Source: a virus (taxonomy: Duplodnaviria > Heunggongvirae > Uroviricota > Caudoviricetes). Taken from it: a stretch of 64,000 nucleotides of DNA. Below, piece by piece: positions 36,651 to 45,709 of this stretch. Within the stretch, counting starts at the first letter, position 1. Each line of letters opens with the position of its first letter. Under the pieces are notes generated by a model. The model saw only the letters and a list, made by a program, of their open reading frames with translations, was not told the DNA's origin and made no database searches. Position numbers and translations under genes: made by a program. The stretch lies in IMG/VR virus record IMGVR_UViG_3300042691_040811, one strand, 5' to 3'.

Positions 36651-36974
36651 TCACCCTCTCCTATAGAGGTACCCACCATACTGATCCGCATTGCTCAAAG
36701 CAGCCGCAAACGATCCCTCATCGAGAAGATTGTAGCGAATGCCCTTGGCAGCCGAGGACCACGAAGCAGCCTTATAAACATTGCCATTGGCCTTGTCAAC
36801 AAAGCAATGGGCGTGCCGGGAGATAACGGCACCCTGGGAGTTCTCATCCTGCGCCACAACCTTATAGTTCTTCCGACCCGCTTCAATAATAAACTTACGC
36901 TTCAAAACGTTGCCCTCAGAGCGCTGCTCCAGAGTCTTACACAGTTTTTTGAGATTTGTAATGATGTCGGTCAT
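36651..36974 (-). CDS. hypothetical protein
   Basis: Start moved to MTDIITNL (36974) because conserved promoter occupies 36985-37055. Confidence 0.5.
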   Translation of the reverse strand: MTDIITNLKKLCKTLEQRSEGNVLKRKFIIEAGRKNYKVVAQDENSQGAVISRHAHCFVDKANGNVYKAASWSSAAKGIRYNLLDEGSFAAALSNADQYGGYLYRRG

Positions 36975-36984
36975 GGTGCTGTAG

Positions 36985-37055
36985 CGGTGGCAGCCTTGGG
37001 CCGCCGGACTCCCATATTGTAGCACGCTGCCTCTGGGGTTGGCAACCCTAAGGGT
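36985..37055 (-). promoter_or_regulatory. conserved promoter + hairpin
   Basis: ggtggcagccttgggccgcc hairpin, atattgtagcacgctgcc, ggttggcaaccc. Confidence 0.55.
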
Positions 37056-37070
37056 CTATAGCCAGGGGGG

Positions 37071-37400
37071 CTAGTTGCGACTCAGCGCCCTTTCATGAGC
37101 AAGCTCCTTCCAATCCTCCACCCATTTAGCACCCGCAGTGAACACCACAGTGGATGTGACCTGGGTAGCTTCCCGACCAATACGGGGGCAGTTTTCCACC
37201 GTAACAACAAACCTGTTTTTGCCCTTGGGCTTAGCGGTCATAGTGCGTCGACCACCTTGAACCTCAGCTTCCACAACGATTTTTCCGTCGTCGTAAACCC
37301 CTGAGGAAGTAAACCACGGGAACCCTCCTGGCACGCTGGCCAGTGCCTTATCCTTCATTGAGAGCGAGCTGTAAGGGACGGTACGAGAGAAACGGGTCAT
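37071..37400 (-). CDS. hypothetical protein
   Basis: 109-aa ORF starting right after the promoter/hairpin. Confidence 0.5.
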   Translation of the reverse strand: MTRFSRTVPYSSLSMKDKALASVPGGFPWFTSSGVYDDGKIVVEAEVQGGRRTMTAKPKGKNRFVVTVENCPRIGREATQVTSTVVFTAGAKWVEDWKELAHERALSRN

Positions 37401-37402
37401 GG

Positions 37403-37470
37403 TGGTTAAATGGTGGAGGCCTCAGGCCGCCTTACCCCATTATTGTAGCACCTTGCTCCCAGAGTCGTCA
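37403..37470 (-). promoter_or_regulatory. conserved promoter + hairpin (best-defined copy)
   Basis: On minus strand: TTGACG-18 bp-TGCTACAAT-aatgggg-TAAGGCGGCCTGAGGCCTCCACC-atttaaccacc-ATG. Confidence 0.65.
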
Positions 37471-37526
37471 ACTACTGGGGGTTTGGGCCGGAATCAACCC
37501 CATGAAGTTAATCAAAATGTAGTAAA

Positions 37527-37600
37527 CACCCTGGGCGGGACTTGAACCCACGACCTACGGTTTAGGAAACCGCAGCTCTATCCGACTGAGCTACCAGGGC
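37527..37600 (-). tRNA. tRNA-Arg(CCU)
   Basis: 74 nt gccctggtagctcagtcggatagagctgcggtttCCTaaaccgtaggtcgtgggttcaagtcccgcccagggtg. Confidence 0.75.
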
Positions 37601-37670
37601 TTGACCTTGACATTTTAACCCTTGGGGGAGCCCCTGTCAACCCCCCTTATGCTTTATCCCGACTCCGCAG

Positions 37671-38000
37671 TTAGGCTATGGGGTTGTCAGGAGAGTAAAC
37701 AATAGCCCCACCTGCCCAAATAACCAGCTTAGTGTAGGTGTCAAGACTCAGGTCAATGCAGGCGGAGGAGGACCCTTGGGCCAGCTTACACAGTTCCTTT
37801 ATTCTTAAAACAAAATTCAAATCCTTGTACCAATCTTTAAGGGTTTCATAGGCAAAGTATTCCTCCGGGTCAGGAAGCTCGTCACTTGAAAAATAAGGAG
37901 GCTCCGAAACCGGACACTTCTTTATTTTTGAAACAATTTCTTTTATAGCCCGATCACAAAGGTCTAAAACAACGTATGTGTGAACTGGTGCAGTTGTCAT
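37671..38000 (-). CDS. hypothetical protein
   Basis: 109-aa ORF. Confidence 0.45.
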   Translation of the reverse strand: MTTAPVHTYVVLDLCDRAIKEIVSKIKKCPVSEPPYFSSDELPDPEEYFAYETLKDWYKDLNFVLRIKELCKLAQGSSSACIDLSLDTYTKLVIWAGGAIVYSPDNPIA

Positions 38001-38017
38001 TTTTTTTTTTGAAGTGA

Positions 38018-39172
38018 TTAGGTAATACGAAAAAAGTTATTGCGTGAAGTTTGGAACAACTTTCCTTCAATGGATTCCTTGTCTCTAATCAAGAAATTCT
38101 CATCTACAATTTTAACCCCCTCTAACTTAACACAACCTGCCCTAATCTTCCTTCTAGCGTCGCTGGTGCTTTCAGCCATCCCAACACTTTTCAAAAGGTT
38201 GGGGAGTTTGGTGGGGAAGTCAATCCCCTGAATTGATATTTCAGGTGCGTCTACATCTGTTGTTTTACTGGAAAGCGCAATGGATTCAGCAGCCCACTTT
38301 GCCTCAAAGGCTTTCTCTTTACCATGGAAAGTAGAAACAACCTCAAAGGCCATTCTCTGCTGCCTCTTCCTAGGTTCTGAGGGGAACTTGTCAAGGTCGC
38401 AGTCAGTTAGCAGAGTGATGTAGTCGTCTACGCAATGATCCGGTATCTTCTCAAGTTTTGAGAACATCTGGAGGGGGTGCTCGTTAATCCCGATTGCGTT
38501 ATTGAGACTTTTCGACATCTTTTGAACGCCATCAGTTCCCACCAGGATAGGCATTAGCATTCCTACCTGCAACCTGTCAGATCCAAAGTGTTTCTGAACA
38601 CCCCTACCAACAGAGACGTTAAACTTCTGTTCCACCCCTCCAAGTTCAACATCCGACTCGTACTTGAAACTATCGAACCCCTGAAGGAGGGGGTACATGA
38701 ACTCATGCAAACTGATTGGGACTTGTTTCTCAAGGCGACTTGAAAAGTCTTGCTTTGCCAGGAGCTGTTGAACCGTCATCATTGACTGAAGACGGATGGT
38801 ATCCTCCATCCCCATAGACTTGAAATGCTCTGAATTTGCCCGGAACTCACATTGAGCAGGGTTCAGGAACTTGCGGATTATGGAGAGAAAGTTTCCAGTA
38901 TTCTCCCTAACCTCCTCCTTTGAGAGTTGTTTGCGAGTCGAGGACTTGCCCGTAGGATCCCCAATCATCGCAGTGAAGTCACCGATAACAACCACAGGTT
39001 TATGACCCTCCCTTTGAAATGCCTGTAGCTTTCGGAGTAGGATTGAGTGACCTAGGTGAAGAAAATCGGAGGTAGGGTCAAACCCTAACTTGATCCTCCT
39101 TTGTTGGGAGAGGAAATCTTCAAGGTTTACTTGAGGGAATACATCTACGATTCCCCTTAAGAGATCATCCAT
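38018..39172 (-). CDS. tyrS: tyrosyl-tRNA synthetase
   Basis: GFDPTSDFLHLGHSILL (HIGH), GDFTAMIGDPTGKS, KMSKSLNNAIG (KMSKS), C-terminal S4-like segment RRKIRAGCVKLEGVKI. The GFDPT...LHLGH pattern is TyrRS-specific. Confidence 0.85.
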   Translation of the reverse strand: MDDLLRGIVDVFPQVNLEDFLSQQRRIKLGFDPTSDFLHLGHSILLRKLQAFQREGHKPVVVIGDFTAMIGDPTGKSSTRKQLSKEEVRENTGNFLSIIRKFLNPAQCEFRANSEHFKSMGMEDTIRLQSMMTVQQLLAKQDFSSRLEKQVPISLHEFMYPLLQGFDSFKYESDVELGGVEQKFNVSVGRGVQKHFGSDRLQVGMLMPILVGTDGVQKMSKSLNNAIGINEHPLQMFSKLEKIPDHCVDDYITLLTDCDLDKFPSEPRKRQQRMAFEVVSTFHGKEKAFEAKWAAESIALSSKTTDVDAPEISIQGIDFPTKLPNLLKSVGMAESTSDARRKIRAGCVKLEGVKIVDENFLIRDKESIEGKLFQTSRNNFFRIT

Positions 39173-39216
39173 GTCTAACCTTCGTTTTCTCTTTAGTGAG
39201 TTAATGGCTGAAAGTA

Positions 39217-39576
39217 CTAGGACACACCCTTGCCAAAGTTAGGATTGTTGATAAAGTCGTCGCACGGGTTGTGGATGAATAGCCTCATCTTCATTTTCCC
39301 GATACGATCCTTTTGGGTGAACCCCTCGGGTATGGGGCCATCCCAACCATTCTTACGGGCTTGCCCTGCTGAGGGGAACAGGCCCATTGCCACGGCAACG
39401 TGGGCCATTGTCCAGTGTGGCTCTATTTCCACGGACTCCTCAGGGGTGAACCCCCACCAATCGGCCTGAGGGAGATTGAACACCCCTGGTTTCACAAAGC
39501 AATGTTCCAGTTTCATCTTTTCTCTGTGCTGCACCCCCCTATCATAGCTCTTCTTGCGATGGGGAGCAAGGGTCAA
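39217..39576 (-). CDS. hypothetical protein
   Basis: 119-aa ORF. Confidence 0.4.
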   Translation of the reverse strand: MTLAPHRKKSYDRGVQHREKMKLEHCFVKPGVFNLPQADWWGFTPEESVEIEPHWTMAHVAVAMGLFPSAGQARKNGWDGPIPEGFTQKDRIGKMKMRLFIHNPCDDFINNPNFGKGVS

Positions 39577-39865
39577 AGGGCTCGGGCTTTCCCCTTAAGG
39601 TGTCCAGATGCCACCATAGGGACTTGCCTGGCCTATTTCCAATTTTTGGAAAAATCCACAACAATGCAGCACCTTCCTCAGCGGTTATACGCTCGGCCCT
39701 TCTAAACCCATTCCCCCTAAATAGGTTCCCATCGTTATCTACGATGTTGTAACGATTGTGCCAGGTGTATCCAGATAGGAACCCTACGCAGAAGTGGTCG
39801 CAAGGATCCCCATCATCCCACTTTGTCGCCAAAACATAATCACCGACTTCCAAGGGAGCAATCAT
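39542..39865 (-). CDS. hypothetical protein
   Basis: 107-aa ORF. Confidence 0.4.
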   Translation of the reverse strand: MIAPLEVGDYVLATKWDDGDPCDHFCVGFLSGYTWHNRYNIVDNDGNLFRGNGFRRAERITAEEGAALLWIFPKIGNRPGKSLWWHLDTLRGKPEPFDPCSPSQEEL

Positions 39866-40197
39866 AATTTTTCAAAGTCCTCTCTAAAAGTAGCAAGTTG
39901 AGCCTCAAGCTCTGCCTTAATCAGCAGGAGCAACCTAGGGTTACCGGCGCTCCTATTCAAATCCAGGTGAAAGCAACCGTCGCCAATCGTAAGGCTTAGA
40001 CCTCTCTCAACTCCAGGATTAGAGATCACCCCTTTGGCATTTAGCCAATTGTTAAGGGTGTCAAGGGCTTTCTCCGTGATTTTAATTAGACTGAGCAAAG
40101 TCCTTCCAGACTCAAGATCAAGTTCTGTCATTTTGCTCCTTGGGTTGTAGAACTGAGGGCACGGGCCATGTAAACAGTGCGGCCGGTGGCTGTGCAC
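39862..40197 (-). CDS. hypothetical protein
   Basis: 111-aa ORF, 4-nt overlap with neighbour. Confidence 0.4.
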   Translation of the reverse strand: MHSHRPHCLHGPCPQFYNPRSKMTELDLESGRTLLSLIKITEKALDTLNNWLNAKGVISNPGVERGLSLTIGDGCFHLDLNRSAGNPRLLLLIKAELEAQLATFREDFEKL

Positions 40198-40358
40198 ATG
40201 CCACAGTCTACCAGCTTGATCAGGCCCCGTCGCTCAAGCGACTTTGCGACCTTAACAGTTTTGTAGTCATGCGCCACGGAATGCAACCTTCCAGACTTTA
40301 CCAGAAAGTCAAACATTTGCTGTTGCAGGTAACCCAGGCGGACGGGTCGATCAGTCAT
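40128..40358 (-). CDS. hypothetical small protein (possible winged-helix)
   Basis: 76 aa. Confidence 0.35.
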   Translation of the reverse strand: MTDRPVRLGYLQQQMFDFLVKSGRLHSVAHDYKTVKVAKSLERRGLIKLVDCGMCTATGRTVYMARALSSTTQGAK

Positions 40359-40602
40359 TTTCAGGGATCCTCAGGGCATAGTGAGTGTGCTCGCAGGGTC
40401 CATCTTGTGGACGAAGGATAGTTGCCCCGATAACTTGATTGCGAGAGTTACGGTAGGGAGTGTAGCTAGCGAACGTTTCAGTTTTACTCCAATCGAGTAG
40501 CCGAAGCCGAGCACTCATAGCAGCTTCTCCGCACTCAATCTGCTCCATACCAGATTGATCGAAGATTGGTGAGTTCTTAGGCATGATGGTATAATTAGGC
40601 AT
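40351..40602 (-). CDS. hypothetical protein
   Basis: 83 aa. Confidence 0.35.
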   Translation of the reverse strand: MPNYTIMPKNSPIFDQSGMEQIECGEAAMSARLRLLDWSKTETFASYTPYRNSRNQVIGATILRPQDGPCEHTHYALRIPEND

Positions 40603-40623
40603 TGATTTAATGGGGGGTAAGGA

Positions 40624-40857
40624 TTAACCGTTGATAGAGGTCAGACGCCACTCAATGTGGAAAAGGACCCTTTCCACAAGGTAGTTGTTGCCATAACCAA
40701 TCCCGTACATAGAGACACAGTTCCGAAGAGTTTCCCGAATCAATTGGTGCGAGACTTCCCCCGACTGAAGATAGTCGGCAAGCTCCTCAGCAATCTTCAA
40801 GCAGATTTTGTTTTCTTCGTGGTTGCTGAGCCGATTGTTCAAGGTGGTGGTGGTCAT
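40624..40857 (-). CDS. hypothetical protein
   Basis: 77 aa, directly after promoter 40870-40935. Confidence 0.45.
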   Translation of the reverse strand: MTTTTLNNRLSNHEENKICLKIAEELADYLQSGEVSHQLIRETLRNCVSMYGIGYGNNYLVERVLFHIEWRLTSING

Positions 40858-40869
40858 GGGTCTGTGGCG

Positions 40870-40935
40870 GTGGCGGCCTCAGGCCGCCTTACCTATACAT
40901 TGTAGCACCTTGGCTGGGGACTTGCAACCCCTATC
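40870..40935 (-). promoter_or_regulatory. conserved promoter + hairpin
   Basis: ggcggcctcaggccgcc, acattgtagcacc, gacttgcaaccc. Confidence 0.6.
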
Positions 40936-41452
40936 ACACAAGGGGCTCAGGTGAGGCGGGGCTCAGAATCTTCCCCAGTGCGTGCTGTTTAGTGGAGGGA
41001 CAACAACTATTCTTCGAGAGATCATGAGAGTTTACAAAGATGGAAATGTCCCCGTTTTCATCCCAAGGGCCATCAAAATCCCAGCCAGCAGAGAGAGAAA
41101 CCTGATGTTTAGCCAATAAGTTTCTCAACTCATTTACGAACTTCTCCTTATTTAAGGGTACGATGACTTTTCTTTGGGCTATTAGCGTATCGAACTTAAA
41201 GCAATTGTATCTAAATCCTGAACCAAGGTTGCCATCTCCTTTGACTCTGTGGAAAAAGTAACAATAAGACTCAGGGTCATCAACCTCCTCGGGGTTTGCC
41301 TTAGGGTGAAGCCCTATCTCAACAAGTTTGTAGGAACCTTTCTTGACGCCGAGGTCGCTATTATCAAACTTGATCTTCTCTGGGAGAAATATAAAATCTC
41401 CGAGGATAAGGTTAAAGTTTTGGGTGGGTGACATTACTAGGATCCTGGCCAT
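40934..41452 (-). CDS. hypothetical protein
   Basis: 172 aa. Confidence 0.45.
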   Translation of the reverse strand: MARILVMSPTQNFNLILGDFIFLPEKIKFDNSDLGVKKGSYKLVEIGLHPKANPEEVDDPESYCYFFHRVKGDGNLGSGFRYNCFKFDTLIAQRKVIVPLNKEKFVNELRNLLAKHQVSLSAGWDFDGPWDENGDISIFVNSHDLSKNSCCPSTKQHALGKILSPASPEPLV

Positions 41453-41888
41453 TGGAACCTAAGTCTATCACAGTTACGGGGGGAATACAACCCTGCACTT
41501 GAACAGATGTGGCTGGGGGGCGCCAACCATGTTTGACGGCATCCCTACCCCACTCCGGCATCAATTCCTGCCAGTGTTGCTCCGCTACCCTCTCAGCTTC
41601 CTCTATGGCCTGCTGAAAGGTCTCAGCCGTGTCGATGATCACGGTGCGTCCACCTTCCCAACCTATCAACTTAACCCGCCACTTCCATACTCTGTCTACA
41701 ATGAAGGCAGAGCAGTGGATGTCAAAAGGGTGAATGCTGTTCCGTAACTCTCCGGCCCTTTGGGCAGAGAAGTCGCAGCTCCAGCCGCTATAGGACATTG
41801 GCCCTCTCCCCCAGTTGTATTTACCGTTAGGGGAATTAACGTCCATGGCATCAATCAACATTTCCGTATTTTGCCCGAAGGCGCTCAT
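41412..41888 (-). CDS. hypothetical protein
   Basis: 158 aa. Confidence 0.45.
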   Translation of the reverse strand: MSAFGQNTEMLIDAMDVNSPNGKYNWGRGPMSYSGWSCDFSAQRAGELRNSIHPFDIHCSAFIVDRVWKWRVKLIGWEGGRTVIIDTAETFQQAIEEAERVAEQHWQELMPEWGRDAVKHGWRPPATSVQVQGCIPPVTVIDLGSNGQDPSNVTHPKL

Positions 41889-42138
41889 ACTCTGCTTTTT
41901 CTCTTTCTTCCAACCAACTTTCCTGCTTCAGGCGCACTTGAATCTCCTCTGAAGTTTCCAACCTTTCCCTCACTGCATACGCTGAGTGATAAAGCTCAGG
42001 CCCATCTTCTACCTCAATGTGGGTGTAACCCTCCTCTTTAAGCCTATCAAGCACCTTGATTAAATCTTCCACCTCAATACTATCAATTTGCACATCTTTT
42101 CTATCCTCGACCATCTTAGGCTCATTGCTGTTATCCAT
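41851..42138 (-). CDS. acidic coiled-coil protein, paralog of 42436..42777
   Basis: Start set at MDNSNEP (42138); upstream part of track ORF overlaps terminator and small gene. Shares VEDLIKVLDRLKEEGYTHIEVED...ERLRAKYG pattern with neighbour. Confidence 0.5.
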   Translation of the reverse strand: MDNSNEPKMVEDRKDVQIDSIEVEDLIKVLDRLKEEGYTHIEVEDGPELYHSAYAVRERLETSEEIQVRLKQESWLEEREKAEYERLRAKYGNVD

Positions 42139-42149
42139 TTTTATGTAGG

Positions 42150-42180
42150 TTTTTATAAAAAAAGGGGGGGGTAACCCCCC
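42150..42180 (-). terminator. rho-independent terminator
   Basis: Minus: ccaggggggttacccccccc followed by T7. Confidence 0.55.
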
Positions 42181-42191
42181 TGGGCTATGCC

Positions 42192-42320
42192 TCAGGCCCG
42201 GAGGGACTTGACCATGTCCTCGGCCATGAGCTGCATGGCACGGATGACCACTCGCTGAGGAAACAGGGCCACAGCGGAGGCAGGAAGGGCATTCAGGAGA
42301 CGAGCGAGAGCGTCGGTCAT
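42192..42320 (-). CDS. small protein (about 42 aa)
   Basis: MTDALARLLNALPASAVALFPQRVVIRAMQLMAEDMVKSLRA; start placed after promoter-like cattattgtaacc (42360-42372) and ggctcagcc hairpin. Confidence 0.35.
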   Translation of the reverse strand: MTDALARLLNALPASAVALFPQRVVIRAMQLMAEDMVKSLRA

Positions 42321-42435
42321 TGCGTCTAGGAGCGGTGAAAGGCTGAGCCCCTCGGACCCCATTATTGTAACCGCTTGCTGCCAGGTGCGCAAGGGGTTTG
42401 CTTAGCGCAGGGGGCAGGGGCAGCACGTCTGCCCA

Positions 42436-42777
42436 TCAGTAAATACCCAGAGCCTTCTTTTGTTCCGGGGTCAACATGGCCAAAGCCTCCTCTCTTATCC
42501 TATTTATGTCTTTTCGCTCACGCTCACGTTTCAAGCGAAGCTTAAACTCTTCATCCGTTTCCTCCCTAATTTTGTAGTATTTAAGCCTAGCAACGGCAGA
42601 GTCATACTCCCCAACGAAAACATCTTTTTCTACCGAAGTAAACCCCTGATTTTTAATCGTTTGAAGGTGGTTGATCAATTCACTCAAATCACTTGGCAAA
42701 TACTCTACATTGTTCATAAGGATCCGCCCATGTGAATCCTTGGCATAGTCACGAATTTGTCGCTTGCTTGGTTCCAT
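42436..42777 (-). CDS. acidic coiled-coil protein, paralog of 41851..42138
   Basis: Start MEPSKRQ (42777). Confidence 0.5.
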   Translation of the reverse strand: MEPSKRQIRDYAKDSHGRILMNNVEYLPSDLSELINHLQTIKNQGFTSVEKDVFVGEYDSAVARLKYYKIREETDEEFKLRLKRERERKDINRIREEALAMLTPEQKKALGIY

Positions 42778-42787
42778 TTTTCTACCA

Positions 42788-42860
42788 GTGGCGGCTTCAG
42801 ACCGCTTAACCCGAACATTATACCACCTTGCGCTCAGGGGTGGCAACCGTAGGGGTGTGA
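42788..42860 (-). promoter_or_regulatory. conserved promoter + hairpin (divergent copy)
   Basis: gtggcggcttcagaccgc, acattataccaccttgcgc, ggtggcaacc. Confidence 0.5.
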
Positions 42861-42941
42861 TCTTAAAGAAAATGTCGGTTTTTCAAGGGATGTTCCGAAC
42901 TCCCCATAACTACAATAATGACAGTTTGACCATGGGAAAAA

Positions 42942-43136
42942 ATGGCTCCTAAATCAATGCTGAAGTTTGCAAAGGATTTAGGGTGGGAAATGGAGAAGGG
43001 AGGGAAGCATTATGTGCTTTACCACCCTGAGACAAAACAGAAGGCAATACTGCCCTATGGGACTCATTTCTCACCAGAAACAGAGCGACGTATTACAAAA
43101 CAGTTGAGAAAACTCAGTTCCCTTCAATTTTCATAA
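42942..43136 (+). CDS. hicA: HicA-like mRNA-interferase toxin (orphan)
   Basis: LKFAKDLGWEMEKGGKHYVLYHPETKQKAILPYGTHFSPETERRITKQLRKL fits HicA (GW...GSHH...HP...vP.H...I.KqL). Only credible plus-strand gene; no hicB seen. Confidence 0.4.
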   Translation: MAPKSMLKFAKDLGWEMEKGGKHYVLYHPETKQKAILPYGTHFSPETERRITKQLRKLSSLQFS

Positions 43137-44097
43137 GCCTATCTATAGCCTGATCAAAGTATTCACGTTTGATCTCACAAGACAAAAACCTCCTATTCAA
43201 CCTCTGGGCAGATACGCTTGCAGACGCTAATCCGGCAAATGGCTCCCACACTAAGTCTCCCAGATCTGTGCTTGCCAAGATAACCCTGTCCATAAGTTCC
43301 AAAGGTTTTTGGTTTGGATGAATCATCTTCTGCCCTAGTTTAACTCTTTCAAAACTTCTAAGCGGGGGACATTGCCATACATTAGTCACCCCATACTCAA
43401 AGTTAAACTTTGCCCTTATTTTGTTCCACTGGTTATCGCTAATTACGTCCTTCCCGTCTAAAGAAAAGTAAGGTCTACCTGACTCTTCTCCGAACGTATT
43501 GGAGTATTCTATTAGTTTAAAAAATTCTTCTTTAGGAGGGAAATACCAAAGATGATCCTTTGCAAAGTATTTTCTGGATGCGGCATTTTTAACCCCACAC
43601 GCCTTATTAGCTTCACTGAAGGGCAAACCCGTTCTTTTCCATTCCTCTCTCATCCATTCTTGAAGGCTTATCCTCTCTCCGGGTTTTAATACAAACTCTT
43701 CTTTCCTTGTATAGTGAGCACATACCTCGGTAACTACAGGAAACTTCCTCATTGTCTTTCCGTTACAGTTCCCAGCAATGTGCTTGATACCTTTATCCCA
43801 GATGTTACACCCTCTGTAAACCCATCCGTTGCTTTCTAGGGTTGGGTGAACCATGGCCCACCCTACTTCAGTACACCAAAACCACAATGTAGTTTGAGAA
43901 GTTGCCGCCCTTGACCATGCTTCAATATGCGGGGCATACATTTCATCTATATATTTGTGACTTGAACTATCCCCGTCGAATCCGTTTACCCCGTAGGGTC
44001 CATCAGAAATGATGCAAACAGGGGGCTGCCATAGGCCATAAACATTTAGGGAATTTTCACAGTAAATACTGCCCTTATCAAAATCTACTTTTAACAT
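43114..44097 (-). CDS. DNA N6-adenine / N4-cytosine methyltransferase (beta class)
   Basis: IISDGPYG (DPPY-type motif IV) near N-terminus and VWEPFAGLASASVSAQRLNRRFLSCEI (FxGxG AdoMet motif I) near C-terminus. Confidence 0.75.
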   Translation of the reverse strand: MLKVDFDKGSIYCENSLNVYGLWQPPVCIISDGPYGVNGFDGDSSSHKYIDEMYAPHIEAWSRAATSQTTLWFWCTEVGWAMVHPTLESNGWVYRGCNIWDKGIKHIAGNCNGKTMRKFPVVTEVCAHYTRKEEFVLKPGERISLQEWMREEWKRTGLPFSEANKACGVKNAASRKYFAKDHLWYFPPKEEFFKLIEYSNTFGEESGRPYFSLDGKDVISDNQWNKIRAKFNFEYGVTNVWQCPPLRSFERVKLGQKMIHPNQKPLELMDRVILASTDLGDLVWEPFAGLASASVSAQRLNRRFLSCEIKREYFDQAIDRLMKIEGN

Positions 44098-44597
44098 TCT
44101 AAAACTAAAACATCTTTGGTTTGCATAGCCAACTCAACATCCACTATCTCCCCTCCAACCTGATCCTTGTAGCCAAAGTTCTTTTCAAGAAAAGAGTAGT
44201 AATCTATTCCATTTTCCCACTTACTTGAGTAATTACAATGGTTGACTGTGGTTTTTGAAACGCTGAAGTCATCCTCAAGGACTTCCCTATAACTACCCTT
44301 ATAGACAATTAAAACCTCCATGCCGTCTGGGTATCCCATAAGTATTTTCTGTAAGTCCTTGTTTTTCAACCTTTTTCTAATACCCTCAGGAATCAATTTG
44401 AAATTACAAGCCCTTCCAGGGAAATCGAACCCTGCTCTATAGTTTACAAAACTATTGCATCGCCTCAATGCTTGAAGGGCATGGCCCTCAAAATTGCACC
44501 CTGCGTAGTGAGGGTGGTATTGAGGGTTTGGGGGCTTTAGTGCGTCTAGTCCCTTGGCATCTGTGTTACCCCTGCAAACCGCAGAAGGCAGTCGCAC
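44091..44597 (-). CDS. hypothetical protein upstream of methyltransferase
   Basis: 168 aa, 7-nt overlap with MTase gene. Confidence 0.4.
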   Translation of the reverse strand: MRLPSAVCRGNTDAKGLDALKPPNPQYHPHYAGCNFEGHALQALRRCNSFVNYRAGFDFPGRACNFKLIPEGIRKRLKNKDLQKILMGYPDGMEVLIVYKGSYREVLEDDFSVSKTTVNHCNYSSKWENGIDYYSFLEKNFGYKDQVGGEIVDVELAMQTKDVLVLEC

Positions 44598-45242
44598 ACC
44601 TCAACGTATCTGAGTTCAGATGCTTCCCCACTCGTTTAATCTAACGAGCAAATCAAATAATCCACTACGCCTTCTGTGCTTGAGACCCTGACTTGATCAG
44701 AATCTAGTCTCTCACATTTCCGACTTTCTGTACCGTGAATACAGTCTGCTGGAAGTCTTTCGACATTGCAACTAACTTTCGCCAGCGCAATTAGGGGCTT
44801 CGGTTTCATGGATCGCAGTTTTCCCTATCCTCCACCCGTATAATCCGAAGACTATAAGGGCTACGAAGAACGTAGATTTCACGGCGTGTCAGTCAACCAA
44901 CGACTAAGTTTCCGTCCTATTTCCGGGACAACTACTGTAAACCCCGGTCACCTAAGCAGCATTTATCCTTGGCGTGATACTCATGCTTAGATGTTGCTTA
45001 CGGTTTCTGCCCCCGCCAAGGGGAATTAACCGATGGAAGATTGGTGGAGTTGGCCGAGGCAATCACCTCTATTCTCCCTCTTCCTTTCCTCTATGTTTCG
45101 GTGAACCGAAACCCGACCCTCATAGGGGAGAAGTCGGTTTGCTCAGCTCTTTTCAAGCTGAGGGGGAGGACAATCCCTTTTTGCCGCTTTACTTGAGTAA
45201 AGAGGATTTAATCACCCAATTTAGGCATCTGCCGATTGGGAA

Positions 45243-45314
45243 TGGGGGATGAGGGACTCAAACCCCCGGCCCTCTCCTTGTAATGGAGCTGCGCTATCAC
45301 TGCGCCAATCCCCC
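45243..45314 (-). tRNA. tRNA-Val(UAC)
   Basis: 72 nt gggggattggcgcagtgatagcgcagctccatTACaaggagagggccgggggtttgagtccctcatccccca. Confidence 0.7.
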
Positions 45315-45709
45315 TTGTTCACCTATTATAGCAGCCCTAAGGGGGCAAGTGCCAAGAGTTAGCAAACCTTAACATTTCCCGGTGGGCAGAAAACTCAGAA
45401 GATGCCCCTAGGCAGATTAGTAGCATACTGTAGAGAAACCCTACGATTCGCCTTCCGGGTAGCAAGTAGCCACTTGAGAAAAGTGCTTTTCATTTTACTA
45501 AAATTGCTGAAAGTTTAGTGGACTAGGAGTAGAAAGCAGAGAGAAGGGTTATGACGGCATAACCCAAAGCTCCAAACACCAGAAGAAAAACACTGGTTCC
45601 TGTAAAGAAGATCCAAGGGCTCATTTGCCTCAATTTATTCCATTTACGGGAAGGGTTGAATGGGGGCAGGGGGACTTGAACCCCCACAGCCTTACGGCCG
45701 ACGATTTTT

